64,000 bases of DNA. Source: a virus. Both the position numbers and the translations under genes were made by a program. Where the stretch lies: positions 110,471 to 174,470 of the IMG/VR virus record IMGVR_UViG_3300027749_000040, one strand, 5' to 3'. Under the pieces are notes generated by a model. It saw only the letters and a list, made by a program, of their open reading frames with translations, did not search any database and was not told the origin of the DNA. Positions 28,633 to 38,400 of the stretch are shown piece after piece (the stretch's first letter is position 1; every line of letters starts with the position of its first letter).

Positions 28633-28651
28633 ACTATGATTTATCATAGTG

Positions 28652-30025
28652 TTAGATCACGATAGAATAATCACCTTGATCATACCAACCTTCATATGAT
28701 TTCATCCAAACACCGTCGGGGGTATAACGATATTGAATTGCAGTTGTTAGATTAGTTACATATTCAACTGTAGTGGATAATCGGCTATCAAAACTAACAT
28801 ACCATGAAGCAGAAGCACTATCATATTCTACAATATCATTTGCATGGGCAATTAACTCACCCCAGGCAATAGTAGGACTTCCTTCACTACCAACAGACTC
28901 AACCAACAGATATCTGACACCATTAATGGGCCCCGGTAACCCTGCGTTAGGTCCTGATATTAAAGGATTTACTACACTGTTGACAGGGCTTAATGTATTT
29001 TGCGGTAATGTATCAGTGTCAATATTATATATTAATAGTCTATCATCTGTTGGATCCGGAACAATTGTACCAACAATGTCGGTTGTCATATATGGATTTT
29101 GTAACCATATCTGGCTGATACCCGGTCTTATAGTCCCGTACACATTTAATAAACTTGTCCAATACAAACTAGTATCAGGTGGTGCAGGATAATTCAAATC
29201 TATATTACTTACAAAATTATTATTATCAGCCGGTAATAGTTGCAGTCTGTTACCCATCAACAATACTTTATAACCATATGGTGTAATCTTTTGACGAGTA
29301 CCTAATAATAAGTCATCGTCTTGTATATCTTGTAATGCTTTACCTTTGAAAATACTTGCAATAACTTTTTCAATAACACCAAGCTTTTTAAGTTTTGCCG
29401 CATTGCTTAACCAGATAGGCATGTAAAACTTCCATGACATAACATCAATGGGGTTTGCAGTACCTTGGGGTATTGTTCTACTACTAAAGGTTAAACCATC
29501 TTGATACACAACACTTAAACTAGTCCAATCAATAAAGTTGTCTGTTGATTGAATTTCCATAGATGGATTAAACAGTGTACCCAATTGTTCTATTAATTCT
29601 AATTTTTGCTGATAGTTAGTAGTCCAAAAATCTACAGTGACACGCAATGTATATGGAACAGGCATTAGTCTTTCAACTGTAAATGCTTGCCCCTGAACAC
29701 TTTCATATTGACCTGTTTCAGTATTAAATGTTCGTTGTCTAACATTAATTCTATCTACATAAGTAGGATCTTGTGTACGTCTTTGATCGTACTCTAGTCC
29801 ACTGATGTAATAAGTAATCAAAGGCGCACTTGGTAAATTGCTTGCACTATTGTTAGCAATTATTGTACTTGCTTGTCTACTACTGTCTCCGTACATTATA
29901 GGCACACGCACACGAATCTCATTTCCTGCAGGGTCTTTACCTTTGGTTACCTCCCAATAACTAAAGATTTTTGCAAATTGAATTAAAAATCTGCGTATCT
30001 GATTATCATAGAAAAAAGCGGCCAT
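28652..30025 (-). CDS. Tail terminator/sheath stabiliser (T4 gp15-like)
   Basis: FFYDNQIRRFLIQF..IFS, VPIMYG, VPYTL, LELIEQL..LFNP. Confidence 0.75.
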   Translation of the reverse strand: MAAFFYDNQIRRFLIQFAKIFSYWEVTKGKDPAGNEIRVRVPIMYGDSSRQASTIIANNSASNLPSAPLITYYISGLEYDQRRTQDPTYVDRINVRQRTFNTETGQYESVQGQAFTVERLMPVPYTLRVTVDFWTTNYQQKLELIEQLGTLFNPSMEIQSTDNFIDWTSLSVVYQDGLTFSSRTIPQGTANPIDVMSWKFYMPIWLSNAAKLKKLGVIEKVIASIFKGKALQDIQDDDLLLGTRQKITPYGYKVLLMGNRLQLLPADNNNFVSNIDLNYPAPPDTSLYWTSLLNVYGTIRPGISQIWLQNPYMTTDIVGTIVPDPTDDRLLIYNIDTDTLPQNTLSPVNSVVNPLISGPNAGLPGPINGVRYLLVESVGSEGSPTIAWGELIAHANDIVEYDSASASWYVSFDSRLSTTVEYVTNLTTAIQYRYTPDGVWMKSYEGWYDQGDYSIVI

Positions 30026-30035
30026 ATATTATTCT

Positions 30036-31805
30036 TTAGGGTTTGGGTGGTAGTGGGTCGGGTGCAATTGTCAATATAGTAGACAATGCTTGTTTCTGCG
30101 GAATTATTGTTCCCGACGTTGTTACAGTAACATTGCTGTTATTTATGAAGCTTGCTGTTTGTGTCTTATCGTCATCAATCAATCCAGTATCCGTACGAAC
30201 ATTCTCACTAATTCTAACCCATAGTTGACCATCCCATCGATATAGTAACTGCGGTAAGTAATCAATTCGTAAAAAGTAATCTCCTACTTGTGGATTTTGC
30301 GGGAAACTAATGCCTGCACCAGTTGGGAAGCCATTTGGAGCCTGTCCATCTCCTGCCATATAACCTGTTGTATAACCAAAACTTCTTGGACTGCCACGTG
30401 CAATGAATTGGAATCGAGGATCACAGTCAGCACGATAGTCCATTGTGTTAGGACCGTACGGTTCTGTACCTGTAAAGCCTGGCGCAACAGGATTTTGGTC
30501 AGCAGTAGCATATGTATTATCTGCGGTACCATATGGTCCAGTGATAGTCATCATACTATCAATAGTCAACATCATTTCTGCTTCAACCGAACCTGACCCA
30601 CTGTCTGTCATCGGCGCCGCAAAACGAATAGCAGACAACAACATTACTTGATTAGTAGGAGTAGGAGTAGGAGTAGGAGTATTTACCACATTACTTGGTA
30701 TGGGTGCAGATGGTATTCCGGGGAATGCTACATCTAATATATTAGATTTAATAAATGCTATTGTGGCTGCCGGTATGCGTAGATATGGGCTGTCATTCAC
30801 ATATGCAGTGCTTGTATAAATTTCTACTACAGGATTAGGAGCTCCGGAACCTGATGCACTAGTAACCACATTGACAGGTGGCGCAGGCTGATTATACTTT
30901 CCTGAAGGAACACCGTTTTCACTAAGTGCGCCGTATGTAGGTACAATATATAGATTGCTATTGTCATAACCAGATTTAGGTAATAAGCGTTTGGCTTCTT
31001 CAAGTGCGGCATTATTAATTGCAATATTCTGATTATATGTAGATAGAATATCTTTAAGATTCTGTTCCTCTGTTAATCGCCAATAATCACTATTGGGCGG
31101 ATTAGTACCCGCCGGCACATCAGCTATAGAAATATAATTTTTATCGCCATAACTGATAATATATCCTTCTGGATATGGTTTAGTTTTATCCCATAATCCA
31201 AGATAATTGTCTTGATTAATGGGCTCTTGTAATATCTGACTAAATTCCTCACTATCAACTAATGGTTCACATTTAATGCGCCATAGATGCGGGAACCAAG
31301 TCTGGCTAAATCCTTCACTCGCATAATTGCTATCAGTAATTTGCATGAATCGTTTTAATGCAACTGGGATAGTTTCTTTTAATGGATTGTAATCTAATAA
31401 ATGAGGCAATTCTAATACATCACCTACCATTAGTTTCCGACCGACAATATCAATCATATCGTTATAATGGACGGTTATGAATAATATATCATTGTTTAAG
31501 AATAAACCAAATTGACTTAAATCAAAATCTAAATTCTGTACATTATAGTGACCACGCAAACGATAAATGTTTGGGTCATATGTTCTATCTCTATTCTCTA
31601 AAAACAATAAATCCTGAATATTAGTAGGATTTAATGTTTCATATTGCGGTTGGGTATAATCAATACTAACACCCTGATCTGTAGGACCTAAATATTTATG
31701 AATATATAAGTCCGTGCCGCCAACCCGTAATTCTTCGGATATTGTTCTATCAAAGAAACGATAATCATTTTGTTTATTTGGACGGTATAGGGATAACTTT
31801 GGCAT
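30036..31805 (-). CDS. Neck protein (T4 gp14-like) with C-terminal extension
   Basis: GGTDLYIHKY, DLLFLENRDR.Y, LSQFGLFL, GDVLELP; adjacent to the gp15-like gene. Confidence 0.65.
   Translation of the reverse strand: MPKLSLYRPNKQNDYRFFDRTISEELRVGGTDLYIHKYLGPTDQGVSIDYTQPQYETLNPTNIQDLLFLENRDRTYDPNIYRLRGHYNVQNLDFDLSQFGLFLNNDILFITVHYNDMIDIVGRKLMVGDVLELPHLLDYNPLKETIPVALKRFMQITDSNYASEGFSQTWFPHLWRIKCEPLVDSEEFSQILQEPINQDNYLGLWDKTKPYPEGYIISYGDKNYISIADVPAGTNPPNSDYWRLTEEQNLKDILSTYNQNIAINNAALEEAKRLLPKSGYDNSNLYIVPTYGALSENGVPSGKYNQPAPPVNVVTSASGSGAPNPVVEIYTSTAYVNDSPYLRIPAATIAFIKSNILDVAFPGIPSAPIPSNVVNTPTPTPTPTNQVMLLSAIRFAAPMTDSGSGSVEAEMMLTIDSMMTITGPYGTADNTYATADQNPVAPGFTGTEPYGPNTMDYRADCDPRFQFIARGSPRSFGYTTGYMAGDGQAPNGFPTGAGISFPQNPQVGDYFLRIDYLPQLLYRWDGQLWVRISENVRTDTGLIDDDKTQTASFINNSNVTVTTSGTIIPQKQALSTILTIAPDPLPPKP
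30654..30681 (+). repeat. In-frame hexamer microsatellite (AGTAGG)x4+, encoding a TPTPTPTPT linker
   Basis: agtaggagtaggagtaggagtaggagta. Confidence 0.85.
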
Positions 31806-31810
31806 AATAG

Positions 31811-31818
31811 TATTTATC
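31811..31818 (-). promoter_or_regulatory. T4-late-type promoter, probably leaderless
   Basis: GATAAATA-ctatt-ATG(31805). Confidence 0.7.
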
Positions 31819-31845
31819 GCAATGTCCTACGCATGAATCCTAAGG

Positions 31846-31874
31846 TTGACAATAAATATGGCTTGTGTTATAAT
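31846..31874 (+). promoter_or_regulatory. sigma70-type early promoter P4
   Basis: TTGACA-N17-TATAAT with TGn; shares TTGACAATAAAT with P2 and P3. Confidence 0.9.
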
Positions 31875-31901
31875 AATTAAATCATAGTAAAGGAGTGCCT
31901 A

Positions 31902-33068
31902 ATGGCAACACGTAAGCGTAATTCAGAGGACCACAGTCTAGTTAAAGCATTAAATCCACGGGATGTAGATGTTCAATATTATGGAGATGAACCTCTATTT
32001 GTACTACAACCTGATGAGGATAAGCGTAGGGTAGCATTGATGCGTAGTTTTACTTGGTATAATCGTTTCTACGGTAAAAAAGATGCTAAAGAATTATTGA
32101 GCCAATATTTGGAATTTAATAATAGAACCGCTGATTCTAAGATTATGCGTAGGGTTCACGAAAATGAATTCTTAATGACATTGTGCTGGTTAGCCCGTAT
32201 GCAATTGCGCGGATTGTCATTAACCGAGCATGAAGAATTAACTCTCGAAAATGAAATCAATAGATTATTGAAATTAGTACATAAACCTGAGGAAGAAAAA
32301 GCCGTAGTTGAGGCCCCTGCACGACCCAACATTCAGGACATTCTAAAAGAAAAGGCACGTGATGCCGCAGGTGAACTTGAAGGTTTATTTGACGAATTCA
32401 TTACATCGGGCGCGCCCACAAAACATACATTACGTCCAATGGATGAGGTTGCCAAAAAGAATGTCATGCCACAACATATCAGTTTGTTAACTGAAGTGTG
32501 GAAAAAGAAACAAAATGAGTTTGAAGAATTACTCAAGGGTGAAGATAAACAATTAGTTGAGGGCTATACATATCTCAACAAAACACAAATTAAAAATGTA
32601 ATCAAATTTATTGAACAAGTACTCAATGATTTGAACAGTTACATTAGTGTTAAGAAAGCCGCTAAAGCTCCTAGGGCTCGTAAAGCTGTACCGGTAGAAA
32701 AAATTGTAGCTAAATTAAAGTATCTTAAGACATTCAAAGACACAGCCGCAAAACTTGATTTGATTAGTATCAGTCCTGTCAAGTTACAAGGTGCAAGTGA
32801 AGCTTGGATTTATGATAGTGCAAAGCGCAAGGTGCATCACTATATTGCCGATGAGTATTCAAAAGCATTTACCGTGAAGGGTAACACGTTGCTAGGGTTT
32901 GACTCTACAAAGAGTGAGGTTAAAACATTACGTAAACCCGCAGAACAACTTAAAGAACTTATGGGAAGCAAGCCGGCGGCACGTAAATTCTTCAATGATA
33001 TTAAAGCAGTAGCTACTACACCTAACGGTCGCTTTAATGAGAGTATGATTATTTTGAAAGCATTTTAA
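31902..33068 (+). CDS. Hypothetical early protein
   Basis: SD AAAGGAG; 388 aa with C-terminal KTLRKP...NGRFN motif. Confidence 0.8.
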   Translation: MATRKRNSEDHSLVKALNPRDVDVQYYGDEPLFVLQPDEDKRRVALMRSFTWYNRFYGKKDAKELLSQYLEFNNRTADSKIMRRVHENEFLMTLCWLARMQLRGLSLTEHEELTLENEINRLLKLVHKPEEEKAVVEAPARPNIQDILKEKARDAAGELEGLFDEFITSGAPTKHTLRPMDEVAKKNVMPQHISLLTEVWKKKQNEFEELLKGEDKQLVEGYTYLNKTQIKNVIKFIEQVLNDLNSYISVKKAAKAPRARKAVPVEKIVAKLKYLKTFKDTAAKLDLISISPVKLQGASEAWIYDSAKRKVHHYIADEYSKAFTVKGNTLLGFDSTKSEVKTLRKPAEQLKELMGSKPAARKFFNDIKAVATTPNGRFNESMIILKAF

Positions 33069-33505
33069 TGAAGAATATTGATTTAAACAAATACAAAGAT
33101 TTTGTAGAGGCTGTTACTAGCAAAGCAAGTAATGACTTGACTACATTCATGAACCGACTTGATGAAGTCGATGGGAACTTTAATTCAGCAACGGACACAC
33201 ATGGCCCTGATGTTAATCTACCACTATTACTAACAGCATGTCTTGGATTGGCAGCTGAAGCAGGTGAGTTCATTGAAGTGCCCAAAAAAATTATTTTTCA
33301 GGGTAAACCATTGACTGATGAAAATGTCTTTCACATGAAGCGTGAATTAGGTGATGTTATCTGGTACTGGATAAATGCATGTAGGGCATTGAATCTTGAC
33401 CCCAATGAAGTCATTGACGAAAATGTTCGTAAATTAGAAAGTCGCTATCCCGGTGGTAGTTTTGATGCTCATTACAGCGAGAATCGCCAAGCCGGAGATA
33501 TCTAA
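33068..33505 (+). CDS. mazG: MazG-like nucleotide pyrophosphohydrolase
   Basis: GLAAEAGEFIEVPKK..FQGK...RELGDVIWY...NVRKLESRY. Confidence 0.88.
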   Translation: MKNIDLNKYKDFVEAVTSKASNDLTTFMNRLDEVDGNFNSATDTHGPDVNLPLLLTACLGLAAEAGEFIEVPKKIIFQGKPLTDENVFHMKRELGDVIWYWINACRALNLDPNEVIDENVRKLESRYPGGSFDAHYSENRQAGDI

Positions 33506-33513
33506 TACAGTGT

Positions 33514-33542
33514 GTTACCTGATAAATACAATATCAGGTAAC
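33514..33542 (+). promoter_or_regulatory. Late promoter inside an SD-sequestering hairpin
   Basis: Perfect 11-bp inverted repeat GTTACCTGATA / TATCAGGTAAC; GATAAATA 33521-33528; AGGT in the 3' arm. Confidence 0.75.
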
Positions 33543-33546
33543 CAAT

Positions 33547-34347
33547 ATGACTATTCCAATTATAACGCCAAACATTCTTTCAACTCCCAATGGCATGACA
33601 CTATCGGAGTTGAAACAAGCTCTATTTAATAATTTACGATATCGTTTGGGTGACGGTATTATTGACTTAGAATTAGATCCGCAACACTACGAAGCGGCAT
33701 ATAACTATACAATTAAATTATATCGTCAAAGGGCGCAAAATTCCACCGCAGAAGCATACGTTTTAATGACTACCATTAAAAATGTTGACACATATACATT
33801 ACCACAAGAATTTATCAACGTTAGATGTTTGTACAGACGTACAGTTGGATTAGATACTGGACCTGGCTCTAGCAGTTTTGATCCATTTAGTAGTGCTATT
33901 CTAAACACTTACCTATTAAACTATAACAATGCAGGCGGTATGGCAACTTATGACTTTTATGCAGGTTATGTTGAATTAGCCGCACGTATGTTTGGTGGCT
34001 ATGTAGTATACACATTTGATCCTGTTACTAAAGTTTTGCGTATTGTGCGTGACCCTAAAGCATCGGGAGAACGTATCCTAGTTTGGGCAGATGTACAACG
34101 TACAGAAGAAGTATTGTTGCAAGACCCGGGCGCAGGTGTTTGGATCGGCGATTATATACTTGCCGTACTAAAGGGGATAATTGGTGAGGCACGTGAGAAG
34201 TTTGGAACGATTGCTGGCCCCGGTGGTGGAACAACATTGAATGGAACCGCTATGAAAGCAGAATCAAAAGCGGCACAAGAAGCCCTCATTGATGAATTGA
34301 AACGCTATGTAGATTATAGTCAACCATTGACATGGATTCAAGGTTAA
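33547..34347 (+). CDS. Neck protein (T4 gp13-like)
   Basis: RLGDGIIDLELD..HY; C-terminal GEAREKF..IAGPGGG.TLNG..MK.E. Confidence 0.75.
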   Translation: MTIPIITPNILSTPNGMTLSELKQALFNNLRYRLGDGIIDLELDPQHYEAAYNYTIKLYRQRAQNSTAEAYVLMTTIKNVDTYTLPQEFINVRCLYRRTVGLDTGPGSSSFDPFSSAILNTYLLNYNNAGGMATYDFYAGYVELAARMFGGYVVYTFDPVTKVLRIVRDPKASGERILVWADVQRTEEVLLQDPGAGVWIGDYILAVLKGIIGEAREKFGTIAGPGGGTTLNGTAMKAESKAAQEALIDELKRYVDYSQPLTWIQG

Positions 34348-34357
34348 CCTAAAACTC

Positions 34358-34411
34358 TTTACTTTACAACTCTCCTGTCATATACTATGTATCTGATAGG
34401 AGTTTTTCTTT
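34358..34411 (+). promoter_or_regulatory. sigma70 promoter overlapping a terminator-like hairpin that contains the SD
   Basis: TTTACT-N17-TATACT (34358-34386); stem CTCCTGTCA (34372-34380) / TGATAGGAG (34394-34402) followed by a T-tract. Confidence 0.65.
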
Positions 34412-34412
34412 T

Positions 34413-35045
34413 ATGATTATAGGTATCACCGGTTTCATTGGTTCGGGTAAAGACACGATTGCAGACTATCTCTGCACATTTCATGGATTCAAACGATTAA
34501 GTTTTGCAGCCAGTCTTAAAGATGCTGTATCAAGTGTCTTTGGTTGGAACAGAGAATATTTAGAAGGTTCTACTAAAGCTAGTAGAGAGTGGCGAGAACA
34601 AAAAGATGTGTGGTGGAGTGAACGACTTGGTATGGAAATTACCCCTCGTTGGATACTACAATACTGGGGAACTGAAGTTTGTCGTAACGGCTTTCACAGT
34701 GATATCTGGGTCGCTAGCGTAGAGAACAAATTACGCCAAGCCAGTGACAACATAGTCATCACTGATTGTCGTTTTGCTAATGAAGTTATTGCTATCAAAT
34801 CAGCAGGTGGCACTACAATGCGAGTTAGTCGAGGTCAACCACCTAATTGGTATGATGCCGCAGTTGAATTTAACAAGGGGTCAAACAACAATATGTACTG
34901 GGCCACTAGCAAAGCTAAACTAGATAGAAATCGTGTTCATGCAAGTGAGTATTCTAGTGTTGGATTAGACTACGACCACTATATTGACAATAATGGTACT
35001 ATTGATGAGTTACATAAACAAATAAACTCAGTGGTCAACTTCTAA
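34413..35045 (+). CDS. Deoxynucleoside monophosphate kinase (T4 gp1-like)
   Basis: GFIGSGKDT, FAASLKD, PRWILQYWGTE, ITDCRFANE, HASE. Confidence 0.88.
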   Translation: MIIGITGFIGSGKDTIADYLCTFHGFKRLSFAASLKDAVSSVFGWNREYLEGSTKASREWREQKDVWWSERLGMEITPRWILQYWGTEVCRNGFHSDIWVASVENKLRQASDNIVITDCRFANEVIAIKSAGGTTMRVSRGQPPNWYDAAVEFNKGSNNNMYWATSKAKLDRNRVHASEYSSVGLDYDHYIDNNGTIDELHKQINSVVNF

Positions 35046-35375
35046 ATCTCCCCTACGCCAAGTTATCTCTTTACGTTTAACAACTTCAATACAGCACAAA
35101 CAAACAGTTCGTAAATTAATAAGAGTAATATTCTCTAAATTACCATCAATGTGATATACTGTCATTTGTGATGGGAACAAACTTTTAAAACCACATAAAT
35201 CACATGTGATTTTTTTCTTATAACCACTTTTAGTCCAATTAGCTTTTCTAGGCTTTAACTTCTTTTTTTTCCTTCCACATTCATCACATCCACTGCGATA
35301 GTGTGTAACACCCTCACGGATATAATTTACTGCACAGTGATTCTTTCCGCATGTATTACATATAGGTCTTAACAT
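35028..35375 (-). CDS. Zinc-finger / degenerate HNH-like protein
   Basis: CNTC, CDEC, CDLC, VYHIDGNLEN...NLRTVCLCC; start ATG 35375, 4 nt after CTAAATA. Confidence 0.6.
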   Translation of the reverse strand: MLRPICNTCGKNHCAVNYIREGVTHYRSGCDECGRKKKKLKPRKANWTKSGYKKKITCDLCGFKSLFPSQMTVYHIDGNLENITLINLRTVCLCCIEVVKRKEITWRRGDLEVDH

Positions 35376-35432
35376 GATGTATTTAGCAAGAACCTTCGAA
35401 GGCACGGTAATACCGTCTTTTTTAAATTTTCT

Positions 35433-35440
35433 ACTAAATA
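35433..35440 (+). promoter_or_regulatory. T4-late-type promoter for the sheath gene
   Basis: ACTAAATA, about 50-nt leader, SD AAAGGA. Confidence 0.65.
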
Positions 35441-35494
35441 ATAGTATGCATTTTAGGTAGTAAACCTCATAATTTTACATAAAGGAAAAACAAA

Positions 35495-38400
35495 ATGGCA
35501 CTAGTATCCCCAGGCGTAGAAGTAACGATCACAGACCAAAGTCAATATCTTCCAGCCCCAACAAATTCAGTCCCGCTGGTTCTATTAGCAACTGCTCAAA
35601 ACAAAGCAAACGCTAGTGGTACAGGGGTTGCGGCAGCAACTACGGCTGCAAACGCTAATAAATTATATCAAGTAACAAGTCAACGTGACCTTGTAAACTT
35701 ATATGGTACTCCGTTCTTCTACACAACGACAAATGGCACACCTATTCAAGGTTATGAACTCAACGAATACGGTTTATTGGCTGCGTACTCATTATTGGGT
35801 GTAACTAATCGTTGCTACGTTTTACGTTGTGACATCGACCTAGCTAGCTTAGTTGGTCAAACAAGTCGCCCAACAGGCGCGCCTGATAACGGCACATACT
35901 GGTTAGACACTACTACTAGTACTTGGGGTATCTATGAATTTAATGCTACTACTGGTCAGTTTGAATTAGTAAATCCTATTGTTATTTCAGACTCAGCATC
36001 ATTGAGTGGTGGCGTGCCATTAAACAGTATTGGTAATATTGGAGATTATGCTGTTAACGCATTAGAATCCACGACTTCACCATCTAATCCTTCAGGAAAA
36101 ACTTTCTTTTATAAAACATCCAATAATATTTGGGGTACCGTAGGTGGCAGCACTTGGAGAAGTGATGTTCCTACTGTTCAAGGTTCTACATCTAACCCTA
36201 CATTGAGTGCTACAAGTAACTTTACAATGGATGTAAGCGGGCTTTATACTATTACTGTTAGCGTTACTGGTACAACTGTGGCAAATGTTGCAACTGCAAT
36301 TAACAACATTAATACTCCGGTTGTAACTGCTAGAGTGGTTAGCGGTAAATTACAAATTATATCAAATCAAATAGTTGCGCCAGGAGCAGTTGCTTATATT
36401 ACTCTTACTGACGGAAGTAACACTCCATTAGCATTATGTGGAATTACTCCAGGAACATATAATCAAGCTATTGTTGCGTATGGTACTTCTGCTCAAATGC
36501 CATTGTGGTCTAGTTCGCAAACCACTCCAAGACCAACTGGTTCTGTGTGGATAAAGATTGGAACTTCAGGTAACGGTTTGTACCCTAGCATATCTCAATG
36601 GAAAACTGCTACTGCAAGTTGGGTAGCAAAAAATGTAAGTCAAGCTAATTCTGACTGGGCAGTGACTGCACCACTCGACTCAACCGGCGGAGCCCTAATC
36701 CCAGCTGGTACAATTTATGGTCAATATAACTTCAATGGCACATTGTCATCTGCCCCTTATTATCTATGGGAAAGAATTTCTACAGGTGCAACAATAATAA
36801 CAGGTGATAACACAAGTCCTGTATTTAATAGTACGAATTGTGTTGGGGTAGGTCCATATACTTTGTATGTATCAGTTAGTGTTCCTGGAAGCACAAGCTT
36901 ATCAACTGGATATGTAGTAACTATTCCCAACGGTGCAAATGCTACGGGCTTTGTAACAGCATGGTCAGCATCCGGTGCACCATACACGATAGCCAGTGTA
37001 TCAGCAGACGGTGCAATAACGTTAACTCACACAGAAGGTGGTGAAATAATTTTAAGTGATGTTGTATCTAATGTCAGTAATGGAGTTATTGCAGAAGCAG
37101 GATTTACAATTGGAACAACTTCCGGCGTTAAATATGGTCCTAACAAAATATTTGGTTGGAGTAATGTAGCATGTACCGGTGGCAGTGGTACAGGAGCTAC
37201 CTTTAATATTAACTCAAGATTTGGTGCTTATTACTTAGGGGTGAGTAGTGGAATTTATACAGGTGGTACCGGGTACGCAGTGGGTAATATTATTACTATA
37301 TCGGGAACTGTTTTGAATGGCACCAGCCCTGCTAATGATTTACAATTGGTAGTTACTAAAATTGGGGGCGGAGGTACTGCTATTACCGGCGTATCTTATT
37401 ATTCAGGTGCATCTATTAATAGTTTTGATACTCAATTAAGTAACTGGGTAGAATTTACATATACAAGTAATGAGGGCGCGCCGGTCGCAGATCCTGCTAA
37501 CAACACAAATTGGTTCTACTCTGTTATTGATGAAGTAGATATCATGGTTCAAAAAGCTGGCACTTGGGTAGGATATCGCACAACAGCATATGATAGTAAC
37601 GGCCACCCATCAACAACCGGTAGCCCTGCAACTGACCCAAATGGTCCTATCATAGCGGCAACTGCGCCAACAGTTCAAAGTGATGGAACTGCATTGGTAT
37701 ATGGTGATTTATGGGTTGACACAGGCGATTTAGAATTATATCCAATCATTTATCGTTGGCAAGAGATTAGTGGGATCGATCAGTGGGTGTTATTAGACAC
37801 CACTGACCAAACAAGTCAAAACGGTGTTCTATTCCAAGATGCACGTTGGTCTAGTTCTGGTGCAATTAGCCCAGTTGATGATCCTATTCCAACAATCAAG
37901 TCGTTGTTATCAAGCAATTATGTTGATTTGGATGTACCAACAGCAACATTATATCCACAAGGTATGTTGTTGTTTAACACACGCCGATCTGGTTATAATG
38001 TAAAACAATTTAGAACAAACTATTTTACAAGTGCAAATTATCCTAATGCAGGTGCATATAATCCGGCTGCACCAACTAACGTTGATAACTTACCTGAATT
38101 CAGTTATACCTGGGTATCAGTAAGTGGGAACAACACTAAGGGCGTAGCATACATGGGTCGTAACGCACAACGTGCTATGGTTGTACAGGCATTACGTGCT
38201 TCTATTGACACTAACACTGCAATCCGTGACGAAGATAATTATTTCAATTTGATGGCTACTCCTAATTATCCAGAACTACAACCTAACATGGTTGTGTTAA
38301 ACAACGATAGAGGAGAGACAGGTTATATAATTGGTGATACTCCGTTGGGATTAGCTGATAGTGCAACTGACATTCAAGCTTGGGCTAACAATGATGCTGG

